Below the pieces are notes generated by a model that saw only the letters and a list, made by a program, of their open reading frames with translations, ran no database searches and was not told the origin of the DNA. The translations under genes and the position numbers were made by a program. Shown in pieces: positions 1 through 10,636 of a DNA stretch of 64,000 nucleotides. Each line of letters begins with the position of its first letter. Position 1 is the stretch's first letter. Source of the DNA: an uncultured Bdellovibrio sp. (GTDB taxonomy: Bacteria; Bdellovibrionota; Bdellovibrionia; Bdellovibrionales; Bdellovibrionaceae); contig CAWVRN010000001.1 in NCBI GenBank assembly GCA_963932905.1, forward strand, positions 256,001 to 320,000, written 5' to 3'.

Positions 1-215
1 CAACACCGCCACCTCCACCGCCGGACATGGGAACTCCTCCGCCACCTCCACCGGATATGGCAGAAACTCCACCGCCGCCACCGCCGGACATGGGAACTCC
101 TCCGCCACCTCCACCGGATATGGCAGGAACTCCACCGCCGCCACCGCCAGACATGGGAACTCCGCCACCTCCACCGGATATGGCAGGAACCCCTCCACCT
201 CCACCACCAGATATG
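1..215 (+). repeat. Coding tandem repeat of about 27-33 bp units
   Basis: Repeated ccggacatgggaactcctccgccacctcca / ccggatatggcaggaactccaccgccgcca units encode poly-Pro. Confidence 0.9.
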
Positions 216-416
216 CAGGGTGCTGCGGGAACTACGAAAGACCCAGCGAGTGAACAGGGTGATGCTTCAACAATTGCGGGAATGGACCAAGAAACAATCA
301 TGATCGTGGGTATTGGTGCCGCAGCGTTGTTACTAGCAGTTATTTTCATTGTGAAGAGAAAAAACAAACAAAGACAAGAGTTTGAACAAGCAATGAACGA
401 AACACAAGTAGGTTAA
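1..416 (+). CDS. Proline-rich, C-terminally membrane-anchored protein (5' partial)
   Basis: The frame is open to the window edge. Tandem DM(G/AG/AE)TPPPPPP units are followed by a hydrophobic helix (IMIVGIGAAALLLAVIFIV) and a KRKNK stop-transfer. Confidence 0.8.
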   Translation, partial: TPPPPPPDMGTPPPPPPDMAETPPPPPPDMGTPPPPPPDMAGTPPPPPPDMGTPPPPPDMAGTPPPPPPDMQGAAGTTKDPASEQGDASTIAGMDQETIMIVGIGAAALLLAVIFIVKRKNKQRQEFEQAMNETQVG

Positions 417-472
417 CTCCTACTTGTTCTGACTTTGAAAATATGGGCCTTGAATACTTGGGCGCAAAAATG

Positions 473-502
473 AAAAAGCTTCTGAAAACAGAAGCTTTTT
501 TT
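473..502. terminator. Bidirectional intrinsic terminator
   Basis: AAAAAGCTTCTG-aaaa-CAGAAGCTTTTTTT between convergent genes. Confidence 0.85.
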
Positions 503-529
503 ATTTGTTCTTAATGAAAAGAAAAAGTC

Positions 530-898
530 TTAGCCGACTTTCTTAAGAATTTTGTCTAATACATCACGACGATCAGTTCGTTGAGCTTCAACGAAGTAAA
601 TAAGATCATCTACGATTTGCACGTCGCGGTTATTAACCGGCATAAATCTTAAACCACAGCCAACAGAATTGGCCCAAACCACAGTAGCTTGAATTTTTCT
701 TTCACGTCCTGCTACTTCAAAGAAGACCACTAGTTTATCATTTGGTTTTAAAGCAGAAGCCTCACCATGTTCTAAGAATGCGCCAGTTAAGCTAATGTTT
801 CTTAGATTTCCTTTAGAGTTTTCGCGGGAATAGTTCTTCTTAAAAGAAACAGGAAGTAACAATTGTGTTCTGGGTGCTGGAATGTTGTTTGAATCCAC
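530..898 (-). CDS. Stand-alone PilZ-domain protein
   Basis: NISLTGAFL (D/NxSxxG) motif, VVW and GCGLRF. The RxxxR motif is degenerate (PAPRT). AAGGAG RBS before a GTG start. Confidence 0.85.
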   Translation of the reverse strand: MDSNNIPAPRTQLLLPVSFKKNYSRENSKGNLRNISLTGAFLEHGEASALKPNDKLVVFFEVAGRERKIQATVVWANSVGCGLRFMPVNNRDVQIVDDLIYFVEAQRTDRRDVLDKILKKVG

Positions 899-924
899 GT
901 ATTGCTCCTTTATTTACAATTAGA

Positions 925-952
925 TACTCGGAAATTCTGGAGAAAAACTTTA
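925..952 (-). promoter_or_regulatory. Possible sigma-28 (FliA)-type promoter for the PilZ gene
   Basis: Minus strand reads TAAAGTTT-N12-TCCGAGTA, against the consensus TAAAGTTT-N11-GCCGATAA. Confidence 0.35.
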
Positions 953-1240
953 CAAAAGTTTCTTAAAACAATTGTGGACAAAGGGTTTCAAGGAAGTTTG
1001 GCTTGTTTGATTTGATTCTCAATGTTGCCAGGACTTTCGTTGTGAAAAACAACAAACGCGCAAATAAAACGAGGACCCAAAGGTGTTCTGCGGGAACCCC
1101 AGACCTATCTAAATCTAGGATCAAATCGTGGCTAAGGCATGTTTTTTAAAAACCCAGTGATTACTGCTGGTTATAAAATTTTAAGATAGACCGAGTTCTC
1201 GTTTTGAGACGATAAATTTAAATGGAATGGGGATTTCGTA

Positions 1241-1268
1241 TTGACAAAAGTCGAGTTTACGTTAAACT
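1241..1268 (+). promoter_or_regulatory. Sigma-70-type promoter for rho
   Basis: TTGACA-N16-TAAACT upstream of rho. Confidence 0.5.
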
Positions 1269-1434
1269 GAGGGAGTATTTGTTCTAAATACCCTTGGTTT
1301 AAACAACCTCACAATAATTCTCTTAAAGGTTCATTAATAAATTAATTTAAAAATCAATTTAGATAAAAAAATCCTAGAAGAATTTCGTATGTCAGTTGTT
1401 TTATAGCCAGCCAAATAACTATAAGGAGTCGTGT

Positions 1435-3348
<1,914 letters not shown>

Positions 3349-3375
3349 TAAATAATTTAAATAGTTCTAACAAGG

Positions 3376-3406
3376 AAGAGCGGTACAAAATACCGCTCTT
3401 TTTTTT
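3376..3406 (+). terminator. Intrinsic terminator after rho
   Basis: AAGAGCGGTA-caaaa-TACCGCTCTT followed by a T-run. Confidence 0.85.
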
Positions 3407-3893
3407 ATTTAATCGTCGTAGCTAAAATTGCGACTATTTTTTCTAATCCTGTCCTATCCGAATTGGAAAATCGGTTGAATGATGGTGAATCTAAATCAAA
3501 CACTCCTATTAACTTTCCATCTTTGTTTAATAGTGGAATAACAATTTCAGATTTCGAAGCTGAATCACACACAATGTGACCTGGGAATTTATCGACATCT
3601 TCAACGACTACCGTTTTTAAATCAGTCGCGGCTTTTCCGCATACGCCTCTATTTAGCGGTATATAAATACACGCGGGTTTGCCATGAAATGGGCCCAGTA
3701 CTAGCTGGTTACCGTCGTATAAATAAAAACCCACCCAATTAAGCTCTGGCATTTGATGATAAACTGCCGCTGCGATATTCGCTAAGTTCGGAATTAATTC
3801 GGGTACCATCATACCCCGAATTTCTGATGTCAATTCTTTCCAGAATTTATCGGGATTGTTGTAGTTTAGATTTTTGTTGTTGGTCTCAAACAC
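3405..3893 (-). CDS. msrC: GAF-domain free methionine-(R)-sulfoxide reductase
   Basis: NWVGFY, LGPFHGKPAC, GVCG, FPGHIVCD, SEIVIP and DLDSP motifs of fRMsr/YebR. Confidence 0.9.
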   Translation of the reverse strand: MFETNNKNLNYNNPDKFWKELTSEIRGMMVPELIPNLANIAAAVYHQMPELNWVGFYLYDGNQLVLGPFHGKPACIYIPLNRGVCGKAATDLKTVVVEDVDKFPGHIVCDSASKSEIVIPLLNKDGKLIGVFDLDSPSFNRFSNSDRTGLEKIVAILATTIK

Positions 3894-4455
3894 TTCGTTT
3901 TGTCCTCAGCTTTGAAATAATTTTCCAAAATGGAGACTTCGTAAAAAGAAGTGATAGAGCACAGGCCGTTGTGATGATGTTAAACGGTACTGAAATAACA
4001 TACAAAGGCAGTGCTAGCTGTAGGCCGACTGGAATTTGTTGAAGCATATATTCAAAGGAACCGCCGCCGCCTAAGACGCGTCCTGCGGCCATATCGTGGT
4101 AGGCCCATAACATCGACGCCGGAATCGACGCTAAAAGAATAGAAACGGGAATAACCAGAATTCCAGTTAAAATGTGCAACCACTTTCTTGAGTCGGAAAA
4201 AAACACTTTCCAAGCGGAAGCGATCAAACCAAAACAAATACTCATGATCCACCAATAGGTCGCTGGGTATTCCCAGTGGTAGCTCGGCATTTTATAAAAG
4301 CTGCCGTAAGGCTGATTCCCAAAAGTCGTGAATCCCACAAACGGGAAAGAGGTCGATGAGAAATCAAATTCTATAACTTGAACTAACCAATAACAAAGTT
4401 GGCCTAAGAAAAAACAAGACAGAGTGTAAATTATGAAAGGCTTTAGAAATTTCAT
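3886..4455 (-). CDS. Hypothetical membrane protein
   Basis: 189 aa with about four hydrophobic segments; overlaps the msrC start. Confidence 0.65.
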   Translation of the reverse strand: MKFLKPFIIYTLSCFFLGQLCYWLVQVIEFDFSSTSFPFVGFTTFGNQPYGSFYKMPSYHWEYPATYWWIMSICFGLIASAWKVFFSDSRKWLHILTGILVIPVSILLASIPASMLWAYHDMAAGRVLGGGGSFEYMLQQIPVGLQLALPLYVISVPFNIITTACALSLLFTKSPFWKIISKLRTKRSV

Positions 4456-4505
4456 CCCTAAGACTTAACCATAGGGATGCTTTTGAAGCAACGTTTCGAA
4501 TGAAA

Positions 4506-5756
4506 CTATTTTCGAGCGTCAATAATACGTTTTAATTTTCCAGTGCGACCATTAGTATCTAAATCCGTCATTTGCACAAACTCGATGGCCAATGGATGAA
4601 TAAGTGTGCCGTCCACCAGTTTTTTAATCATTTCACGTTCTTGATAAATATAGTCTTTGATTTGATTTTGCACGCTTGCCGATGGATTAGCAGCAGCGAT
4701 TCTAATCACTAATTGATCCTTGTTTTCAAAGTGCACTAGACGCAATTGAAATCCTTTTATGTGGATAACATCGTGGAATGTGTTTAATAAGTGATTCATG
4801 TCTTCGTAATAAACGGTTGCAGGACCAACGCGTGCACCTTCGTCCGAGCGGCCCAAAATTTTAAATTTTCTTTGAGATGTCACTGAAGAACTATCAATCC
4901 ACATGGCTTTATCCCCAACAGGATAGCGAATGATCGGCATGAGCGTTCGAGTTAAATTTGTTAAAAACATTTTACCTGGACGATTTGGCTCAGTTATGAC
5001 TTCTAAAGTATCTTCATCCAAAATTTCCATCACTGTGTACTCACTAAAAACACGATGTTCCTGAATATCGCATGTTTCATCTACATAACCCAGCAACCCG
5101 CCATCTACACTGGCATATCCGATGGACTGAATGTGTACTTTAGGAAAAACTTCCCTAACAAAACTAATTTGGTCAGTATACATGCTTTCGCCGCCAAACA
5201 ATATTTTTGTCGGTGGATGGAGCTTGTTTGTCTGTGCATATTCAGAGAGCTTCATCATGCTAGTGGGAACGCCGGCCCAAGTAGTGATTTCGAAAGAATT
5301 AATAGTTTCTACTATGTGGCTAAAATCTGCCCCGCCACTCAATGGAAAATGAACCACGTCTGAATTTGATTTTTCAATCGATTTAGAAATAAACATAAAC
5401 GATGCATACAGATCGCCGGCATAAAACATGTTTGCGATTTTTTCACCAGTTTTAAGGCCACCTTTGAGCATGCCTTCCCCGAAAGCAAACGTGAAAAGTT
5501 CCCATTCACCCAACGAAAAGAAAGAAAATTTTGGACTGCCAGTGGTGCCGCCACTTTTAAAGACAATTCCGCTTGATTGTGGACCTGTTAAAACTTGATT
5601 GCCATTGATCGTGTTAGCTTTCCAAAAAGCCGCACTATCTAAAATAGGTAGCTGAGAAAGCTGCGTAAAAGTTCCTACATCCTTATACAAACTTTTATAA
5701 TAGGGAGATTGTTTGCGAGCAATGTCGACAAGTTCTTCTACGGAATAGGTTTTCAT
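4506..5756 (-). CDS. Phenylacetate-CoA-ligase (PaaK)-like adenylate-forming ligase
   Basis: KSGGTTGSPK, FGGE, GYASVD, IRYPVGD and GRSD adenylation motifs. Confidence 0.88.
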   Translation of the reverse strand: MKTYSVEELVDIARKQSPYYKSLYKDVGTFTQLSQLPILDSAAFWKANTINGNQVLTGPQSSGIVFKSGGTTGSPKFSFFSLGEWELFTFAFGEGMLKGGLKTGEKIANMFYAGDLYASFMFISKSIEKSNSDVVHFPLSGGADFSHIVETINSFEITTWAGVPTSMMKLSEYAQTNKLHPPTKILFGGESMYTDQISFVREVFPKVHIQSIGYASVDGGLLGYVDETCDIQEHRVFSEYTVMEILDEDTLEVITEPNRPGKMFLTNLTRTLMPIIRYPVGDKAMWIDSSSVTSQRKFKILGRSDEGARVGPATVYYEDMNHLLNTFHDVIHIKGFQLRLVHFENKDQLVIRIAAANPSASVQNQIKDYIYQEREMIKKLVDGTLIHPLAIEFVQMTDLDTNGRTGKLKRIIDARK

Positions 5757-8311
5757 GTAAATCCCCGATTATCAATGATGTGCAAAAGCTTGCCGCTAGC
5801 AGCACTGCGAGACATTTGTTCCGAAGGTACAAGTTCGATTTTAACTTCAAGAACTTTTTCGTAGTTAACAAGTTCATCCAAATCATAATAGGTATCTAAA
5901 AACGCCTTGGTTACATCTGTCATGGAACCAAGTCCACGAACACTGAGTGACCGTAGAAATTCTGTTTCATTGGAATCAGATAGAATTTTAACGGTCATTA
6001 ATTCTTTATTGCCGTGCTTAGCCAGCACTATTTGAAATTCACTTGGAATACCGAGTTTTTCGGATAGCAGAGTTCCGATATGGTTGTAGTTTAAGAAACT
6101 ACCCGCCGCGCGAAAAATATCTCCGTAACGACCATGTAGTTCAAAGCGTGGTGATTTGCGCCCACAAGGACAATCCGCTTTTACCCATTTCCCTAAATCG
6201 CCAACATCGTATCGCAATAAACTTTGATCTTCACGGGAATGAGTAGAGAAAATCAGTCGTCCAAGCTCGTCACCATCAACGGAATGTAAAGAATCGAGTT
6301 TCAAAATTTCTAGAAGATGGATGTTATGATGTAGATGATAGGTTTTGTTATCTGAATACGGGCATTGATATCCTAACGGTCCCATATCCACACTGCCGTA
6401 ACTTGCGGACTTAATCACTTTTACACCGAAATCATTTTTTAACTTTTCTATCTGGGCCATTGAAAATGCCTCGCCGCCGTAGAAAATCTTTTCGATCATA
6501 CGATCTTGGGTAATCCACTGACGATTGTGTTCTAGTAGCTGCATCAAATACGATGGCATACCCATTAAAACATTTACTTTAAATTTTCGTATAATCTGTC
6601 CAACAAAATCATAGTCCATATAAGCTGACATAGGAAACTGAACAGCCTTAAGTTCTTCCATAATAGTGAAGAAACTTAAAAATCCACCGTACAGTCCGCC
6701 ACCAAAGAACAAATTCATGGTTCTATCTTTACGTGGATCCAAGCCAGCGGCCATTAATCCGTTGGCAGCCGCTTGCATTTGCGTGTGATAGTCTACGTAA
6801 GTAAATTGTGAGATTTTAGATACACCAGAGCTGCCGCCGCTTTTAAAATAGAGCTGCGAACTTGGTTGATCAGGAATATTTTGGAAATCCACCTTGTCCA
6901 TCAACTTATCTGGAAACTGGTCAAAATGAATTTTATTTTCATGCAAATCATTTAACGTCGAAAAAGATTTTAAATTTTCAATTTTTGATTCCAAACTAAC
7001 ACGGCGGACGTATCTGTTTAAGGCAAAATAACCGTCATGTGGTTCCCCCATATAACTATCCTGCATTCCTCCGTTAGATCGAATGCGCGTAACGCCGCAA
7101 GAATAAAACAATCGACTAAGTTCAAACAAATCAGACATCGCGCAAGCCAGACCAACTGTTTGCAAGTACTGCTTCATGGGTCTAAATGTCTTCATGATAT
7201 TTGCCCGTTGAATTGGCTTAACCCAAATCGTTTTATATAACGGAGACGCACGCAACGAAGATCTTGAATCAATCCAAATACGCCATTGACCATGAGTATC
7301 TTCAATCGCATCAGTGTAATTCGGTTGAAGTGACTTTTCTGTTTTAACGATAAGTCCCATCTTGGTGATTTCGGCATCTTCCATTTCAGAGGTGTCGTTA
7401 GCCGCGTAGTTACTGACAACCGCATTCATAGACTGACCTAATAAAGTCGAAAACGATTTTAAATCGGCAAAGCTGGCATCCTCTAAATAGACGCACTGAG
7501 GACTTGAACAAGCCTGTTGATTGAAAACGAAAATGTCATGCACAACTTGTTTTACGGTTTCTAGATTTTGCCATTCTGTTTTCGTTAAATACGAAAAACT
7601 AATTTTATGGCCCCAGTCAATAAATCGAGCCGAAGATGGAACACTTTTTCTAATTTCATTGATAGCTTCCTCGCCGCCCCAAGCGACGACTCCATCCGCG
7701 TGCGAATAGAGACGTTCAAGCAGTGCTTTTTCTTTTGAACTAATATTAACGACGCACACACGATTTTTCCAACAAGCCGTTTGCGAGAACTTAGAAAACT
7801 CGGTGAAAAAGTCTTGAGTAAAAGAGCTGGACTGGTGGCTGAGTTTTAAAATATTCACATTACCTGTCATTAAGCCTTCAAATGCGCTCAGTACAGGAAG
7901 AGCGAAATCATTGCCAGATAAAACTTGTACGATCAATCCAAGAGGTTCCCATTTTTCAAAAATATTGCCATCGGCGTTGATACGTTTACTTGTAAACGGG
8001 GTTAGGCTGCCTAGTTCATTGCTGATTTTGAACTTGATTTGCTTTTTAGAAATAAAGTCCGCAATAGAATTAATAATTTCTTTAGCGATATCTGAACTAA
8101 TTCCGTCCTGTACTGTTAGAGTAGCCACTAAACGTGATTGAATTTCAGACTCAGATTTCAACTGTTTTGAAAATGCATCACAAGATTCTACAAATAAATC
8201 GAGGTCAAAGTTTTCTATCAAAGCAGATTCGATGCAACTTTCAAGGGTTTCTAACTTACTAATAAGTTCTTCGTGACTAACGGTTTGTCCTTGCCAGAAG
8301 TGCGTTCTCAT
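5753..8311 (-). CDS. Fusion of a LuxC-like acyl reductase (N-terminal) and a PaaK-like ligase (C-terminal)
   Basis: N-half: NILK, AWGGEEA, QQACSSPQ (catalytic Cys), PHDG. C-half: KSGGSSG, YGGE, YGSVD, LRYDVGD, CPCGR, GRYGD. Confidence 0.88.
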   Translation of the reverse strand: MRTHFWQGQTVSHEELISKLETLESCIESALIENFDLDLFVESCDAFSKQLKSESEIQSRLVATLTVQDGISSDIAKEIINSIADFISKKQIKFKISNELGSLTPFTSKRINADGNIFEKWEPLGLIVQVLSGNDFALPVLSAFEGLMTGNVNILKLSHQSSSFTQDFFTEFSKFSQTACWKNRVCVVNISSKEKALLERLYSHADGVVAWGGEEAINEIRKSVPSSARFIDWGHKISFSYLTKTEWQNLETVKQVVHDIFVFNQQACSSPQCVYLEDASFADLKSFSTLLGQSMNAVVSNYAANDTSEMEDAEITKMGLIVKTEKSLQPNYTDAIEDTHGQWRIWIDSRSSLRASPLYKTIWVKPIQRANIMKTFRPMKQYLQTVGLACAMSDLFELSRLFYSCGVTRIRSNGGMQDSYMGEPHDGYFALNRYVRRVSLESKIENLKSFSTLNDLHENKIHFDQFPDKLMDKVDFQNIPDQPSSQLYFKSGGSSGVSKISQFTYVDYHTQMQAAANGLMAAGLDPRKDRTMNLFFGGGLYGGFLSFFTIMEELKAVQFPMSAYMDYDFVGQIIRKFKVNVLMGMPSYLMQLLEHNRQWITQDRMIEKIFYGGEAFSMAQIEKLKNDFGVKVIKSASYGSVDMGPLGYQCPYSDNKTYHLHHNIHLLEILKLDSLHSVDGDELGRLIFSTHSREDQSLLRYDVGDLGKWVKADCPCGRKSPRFELHGRYGDIFRAAGSFLNYNHIGTLLSEKLGIPSEFQIVLAKHGNKELMTVKILSDSNETEFLRSLSVRGLGSMTDVTKAFLDTYYDLDELVNYEKVLEVKIELVPSEQMSRSAASGKLLHIIDNRGFT

Positions 8312-9471
8312 ACGAAATCCTTTAGCAATTCAGCCGCAGCTATTGCGCAGCTCTTATTTTTAGAAATTCCTGCGCGCCCTAGAATCTCAAACCAATCCGT
8401 TTTTAATCCGCAGGTGCAGGTTTCACCTCTGTGCAAAATAGCGAGATCACCCATCGTAACAGCATTTGCTGGAGCCGATGTGATGTAAGGGGAAATAAAT
8501 TGTAAAAACCCAGGCTTATCATAACCAACTAAGTTTAAATTTTTTAAGTCACGGATGAGCACTTTAGAATACACCGGAACATGAAACTTATGCTGGCTAC
8601 ACTCGATATAAGGAATGCAGTGCTCAACCGATCCAAATCCGTCGCGTAGACGATGATTAGGAATTCCTAACATTTCTTCGGCAAGTGCGTACAATTCTGA
8701 TTTCTTAATTTCTTGGTTAGCGTAACCTTTCCAGCCGCCGCCTAGGAAAACCAATGATTCTGGAGACAGCTTTAATGGTCTATATTTTAACTCTTTCATT
8801 CGCTGAAGAGTGAAATAGAAAAACGAAGGAAAGCCGAAAATACGAACGGGTAATTCTTCAACTTCATACTCTTGAAGTGTTTTGATGGCGCCAAATATAT
8901 CAAAATCGTGACCGCCTTTTCCAGTAAGCTTCAAAGTGTAATCTGCACGGTTAACGGGTGCGTATTTAGTCAAATAGTTATCAGTAAATGCTGTTCCTAA
9001 TTTAGAATCGATCTCAGTTTGATAGGTATAAAGTAAATAGTTGGTTTTCTTACTAGGCGTAATCCATCCGTAATAGTCATAGATAAAATCAACCATTTGC
9101 TGAGCACAGCCTAAACTCCATTCGTCAAAAAACATTTGTGATTTTTGTCCCGATGTCCCGGAGGACGTTAAGTTAATGTGAACATTATCATCAGAAACAG
9201 ACTTAATTGCGTGGTATTTAAAAAACTCGGCCGGGATACTTGGAATAGTGACTAAATCGCCGTCCCATTTGTTAATGTCAAAACCAGAATCTTTTAGAAA
9301 TTGTCGGTAGAAAGTAGATTTCTCTTGATGCCAACGAATGACTTCTTTCATGGCCTGAACAAATAGAGAATCGTTTTCGGCCGATATCGCGTACGGAGAT
9401 GTGATTTTACAAAGCCTCTCGACAGATCCTAAAAGCGCGCGACTAGGTGGAAAAAGTTCTTTATTTGTCAT
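8308..9471 (-). CDS. LuxE-like acyl-protein synthetase / ligase
   Basis: TSSGTSGQKS, GGGWKG, DGFGSVEH, MGDLA, GRAG and a C-terminal Cys (KSCAIAA). Confidence 0.88.
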   Translation of the reverse strand: MTNKELFPPSRALLGSVERLCKITSPYAISAENDSLFVQAMKEVIRWHQEKSTFYRQFLKDSGFDINKWDGDLVTIPSIPAEFFKYHAIKSVSDDNVHINLTSSGTSGQKSQMFFDEWSLGCAQQMVDFIYDYYGWITPSKKTNYLLYTYQTEIDSKLGTAFTDNYLTKYAPVNRADYTLKLTGKGGHDFDIFGAIKTLQEYEVEELPVRIFGFPSFFYFTLQRMKELKYRPLKLSPESLVFLGGGWKGYANQEIKKSELYALAEEMLGIPNHRLRDGFGSVEHCIPYIECSQHKFHVPVYSKVLIRDLKNLNLVGYDKPGFLQFISPYITSAPANAVTMGDLAILHRGETCTCGLKTDWFEILGRAGISKNKSCAIAAAELLKDFV

Positions 9472-10636
9472 CGAATACCCCTAGAACATCTAGATGCATT
9501 TGTTTCCACAAATCCACATACTGATCAATATAAGGCTTAAATGATTTCTCGATCTGCATTCCTCTAAAATTCAACGGTTCCATCGAACGCGACATCAACA
9601 CCAGGTCCATAAACTTACCTTCGTATTCTAGCATGGCCGGGTAAATAGCAGACGGGAGAAAATTTACATCTAATAAGGTTTCAAGAGAAAGTATGCTATC
9701 CATCGCCATTAAGATCTCAACGTAAGATACGCCATAATCATGTAACTGCTGCAATAACGGTCGCAGACGTCCTGCCATTGAATAAAATGGCGCCGTCGCT
9801 GTGATTAAAGCGCAATAACCATCCGACTTACTTAAGTAGCCGTAGATGTCGACTTCCCCATTTTTAGAAGCCAGTAGCAAATTAGGCTCGTGAAATGGAA
9901 AGAAAACATCAAATGGGTCCTTAAATGTTTGCGCGAATCGACGTTTAACGAAATTAGGAGCCAAAATAATTTCGAATTCTAAATGTTCACCACTTGGTTT
10001 TGGGCGAACCATTTTTAGCAATCGTGGTGTTGGATGAGGCGATTTGATATATTTTTCGCTAGCTTTAAATATAGGGCCTAGCGCCTCGGGAACTTCCTCG
10101 ACACGTGCCCGTTTTTTCAAAACTTCTGGATCGTGCTTCGCCATTAAAGTCAGCGTTTCATAATTTGCTAAGCGGTGAGCATTCGGGAAAATTCCAAGTG
10201 GTTTAAATTTATTTTTAATAAATACTAGCTGCGGACTTACACTTAAAGTCCGTGTTGTTGCATAGATCGAGTGAACAATTTTATTGTCTTTCATTAAATA
10301 GTCGGAACCATGATTAAGTAATATCGAAGCTAGTCCCTTACTTTGATAGTAAGGATGAGTTACAAATCCTTCAGCACGGGCGATTTTAAAAAACGTATCA
10401 ACCTCAAATACCGCTGAAGCACAAAGAATATTTTTATCAGGGTCGTGAGCCACTAGCCACAAACTATCTTTGTCTTGGATAATTTTCTGCATAGCTGCAC
10501 GATCAGTTCCCAGCGCAAGTGGATAGTTGCTGCCATAGATAGTAAAATAAAGAGTCAAAAGATCCTGAATATCAGAAACCTTTGCTCGGCGCATAATTAG
10601 GCCGCCGTCTATTTTTATAACTTCATCATGCTTCAT
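9461..10636 (-). CDS. GNAT-family N-acyltransferase with a C-terminal extension
   Basis: RRAKVSD start and VTHPYYQSKGLASIL acyl-CoA-binding motif A. Confidence 0.8.
   Translation of the reverse strand: MKHDEVIKIDGGLIMRRAKVSDIQDLLTLYFTIYGSNYPLALGTDRAAMQKIIQDKDSLWLVAHDPDKNILCASAVFEVDTFFKIARAEGFVTHPYYQSKGLASILLNHGSDYLMKDNKIVHSIYATTRTLSVSPQLVFIKNKFKPLGIFPNAHRLANYETLTLMAKHDPEVLKKRARVEEVPEALGPIFKASEKYIKSPHPTPRLLKMVRPKPSGEHLEFEIILAPNFVKRRFAQTFKDPFDVFFPFHEPNLLLASKNGEVDIYGYLSKSDGYCALITATAPFYSMAGRLRPLLQQLHDYGVSYVEILMAMDSILSLETLLDVNFLPSAIYPAMLEYEGKFMDLVLMSRSMEPLNFRGMQIEKSFKPYIDQYVDLWKQMHLDVLGVFDDK

Noticed and set aside
5753..9471. Bioluminescence (lux) operon
   Set aside because: No luxA/luxB or luxD in the window; LuxC is fused to a ligase and the neighbours are a GNAT and an MFS.
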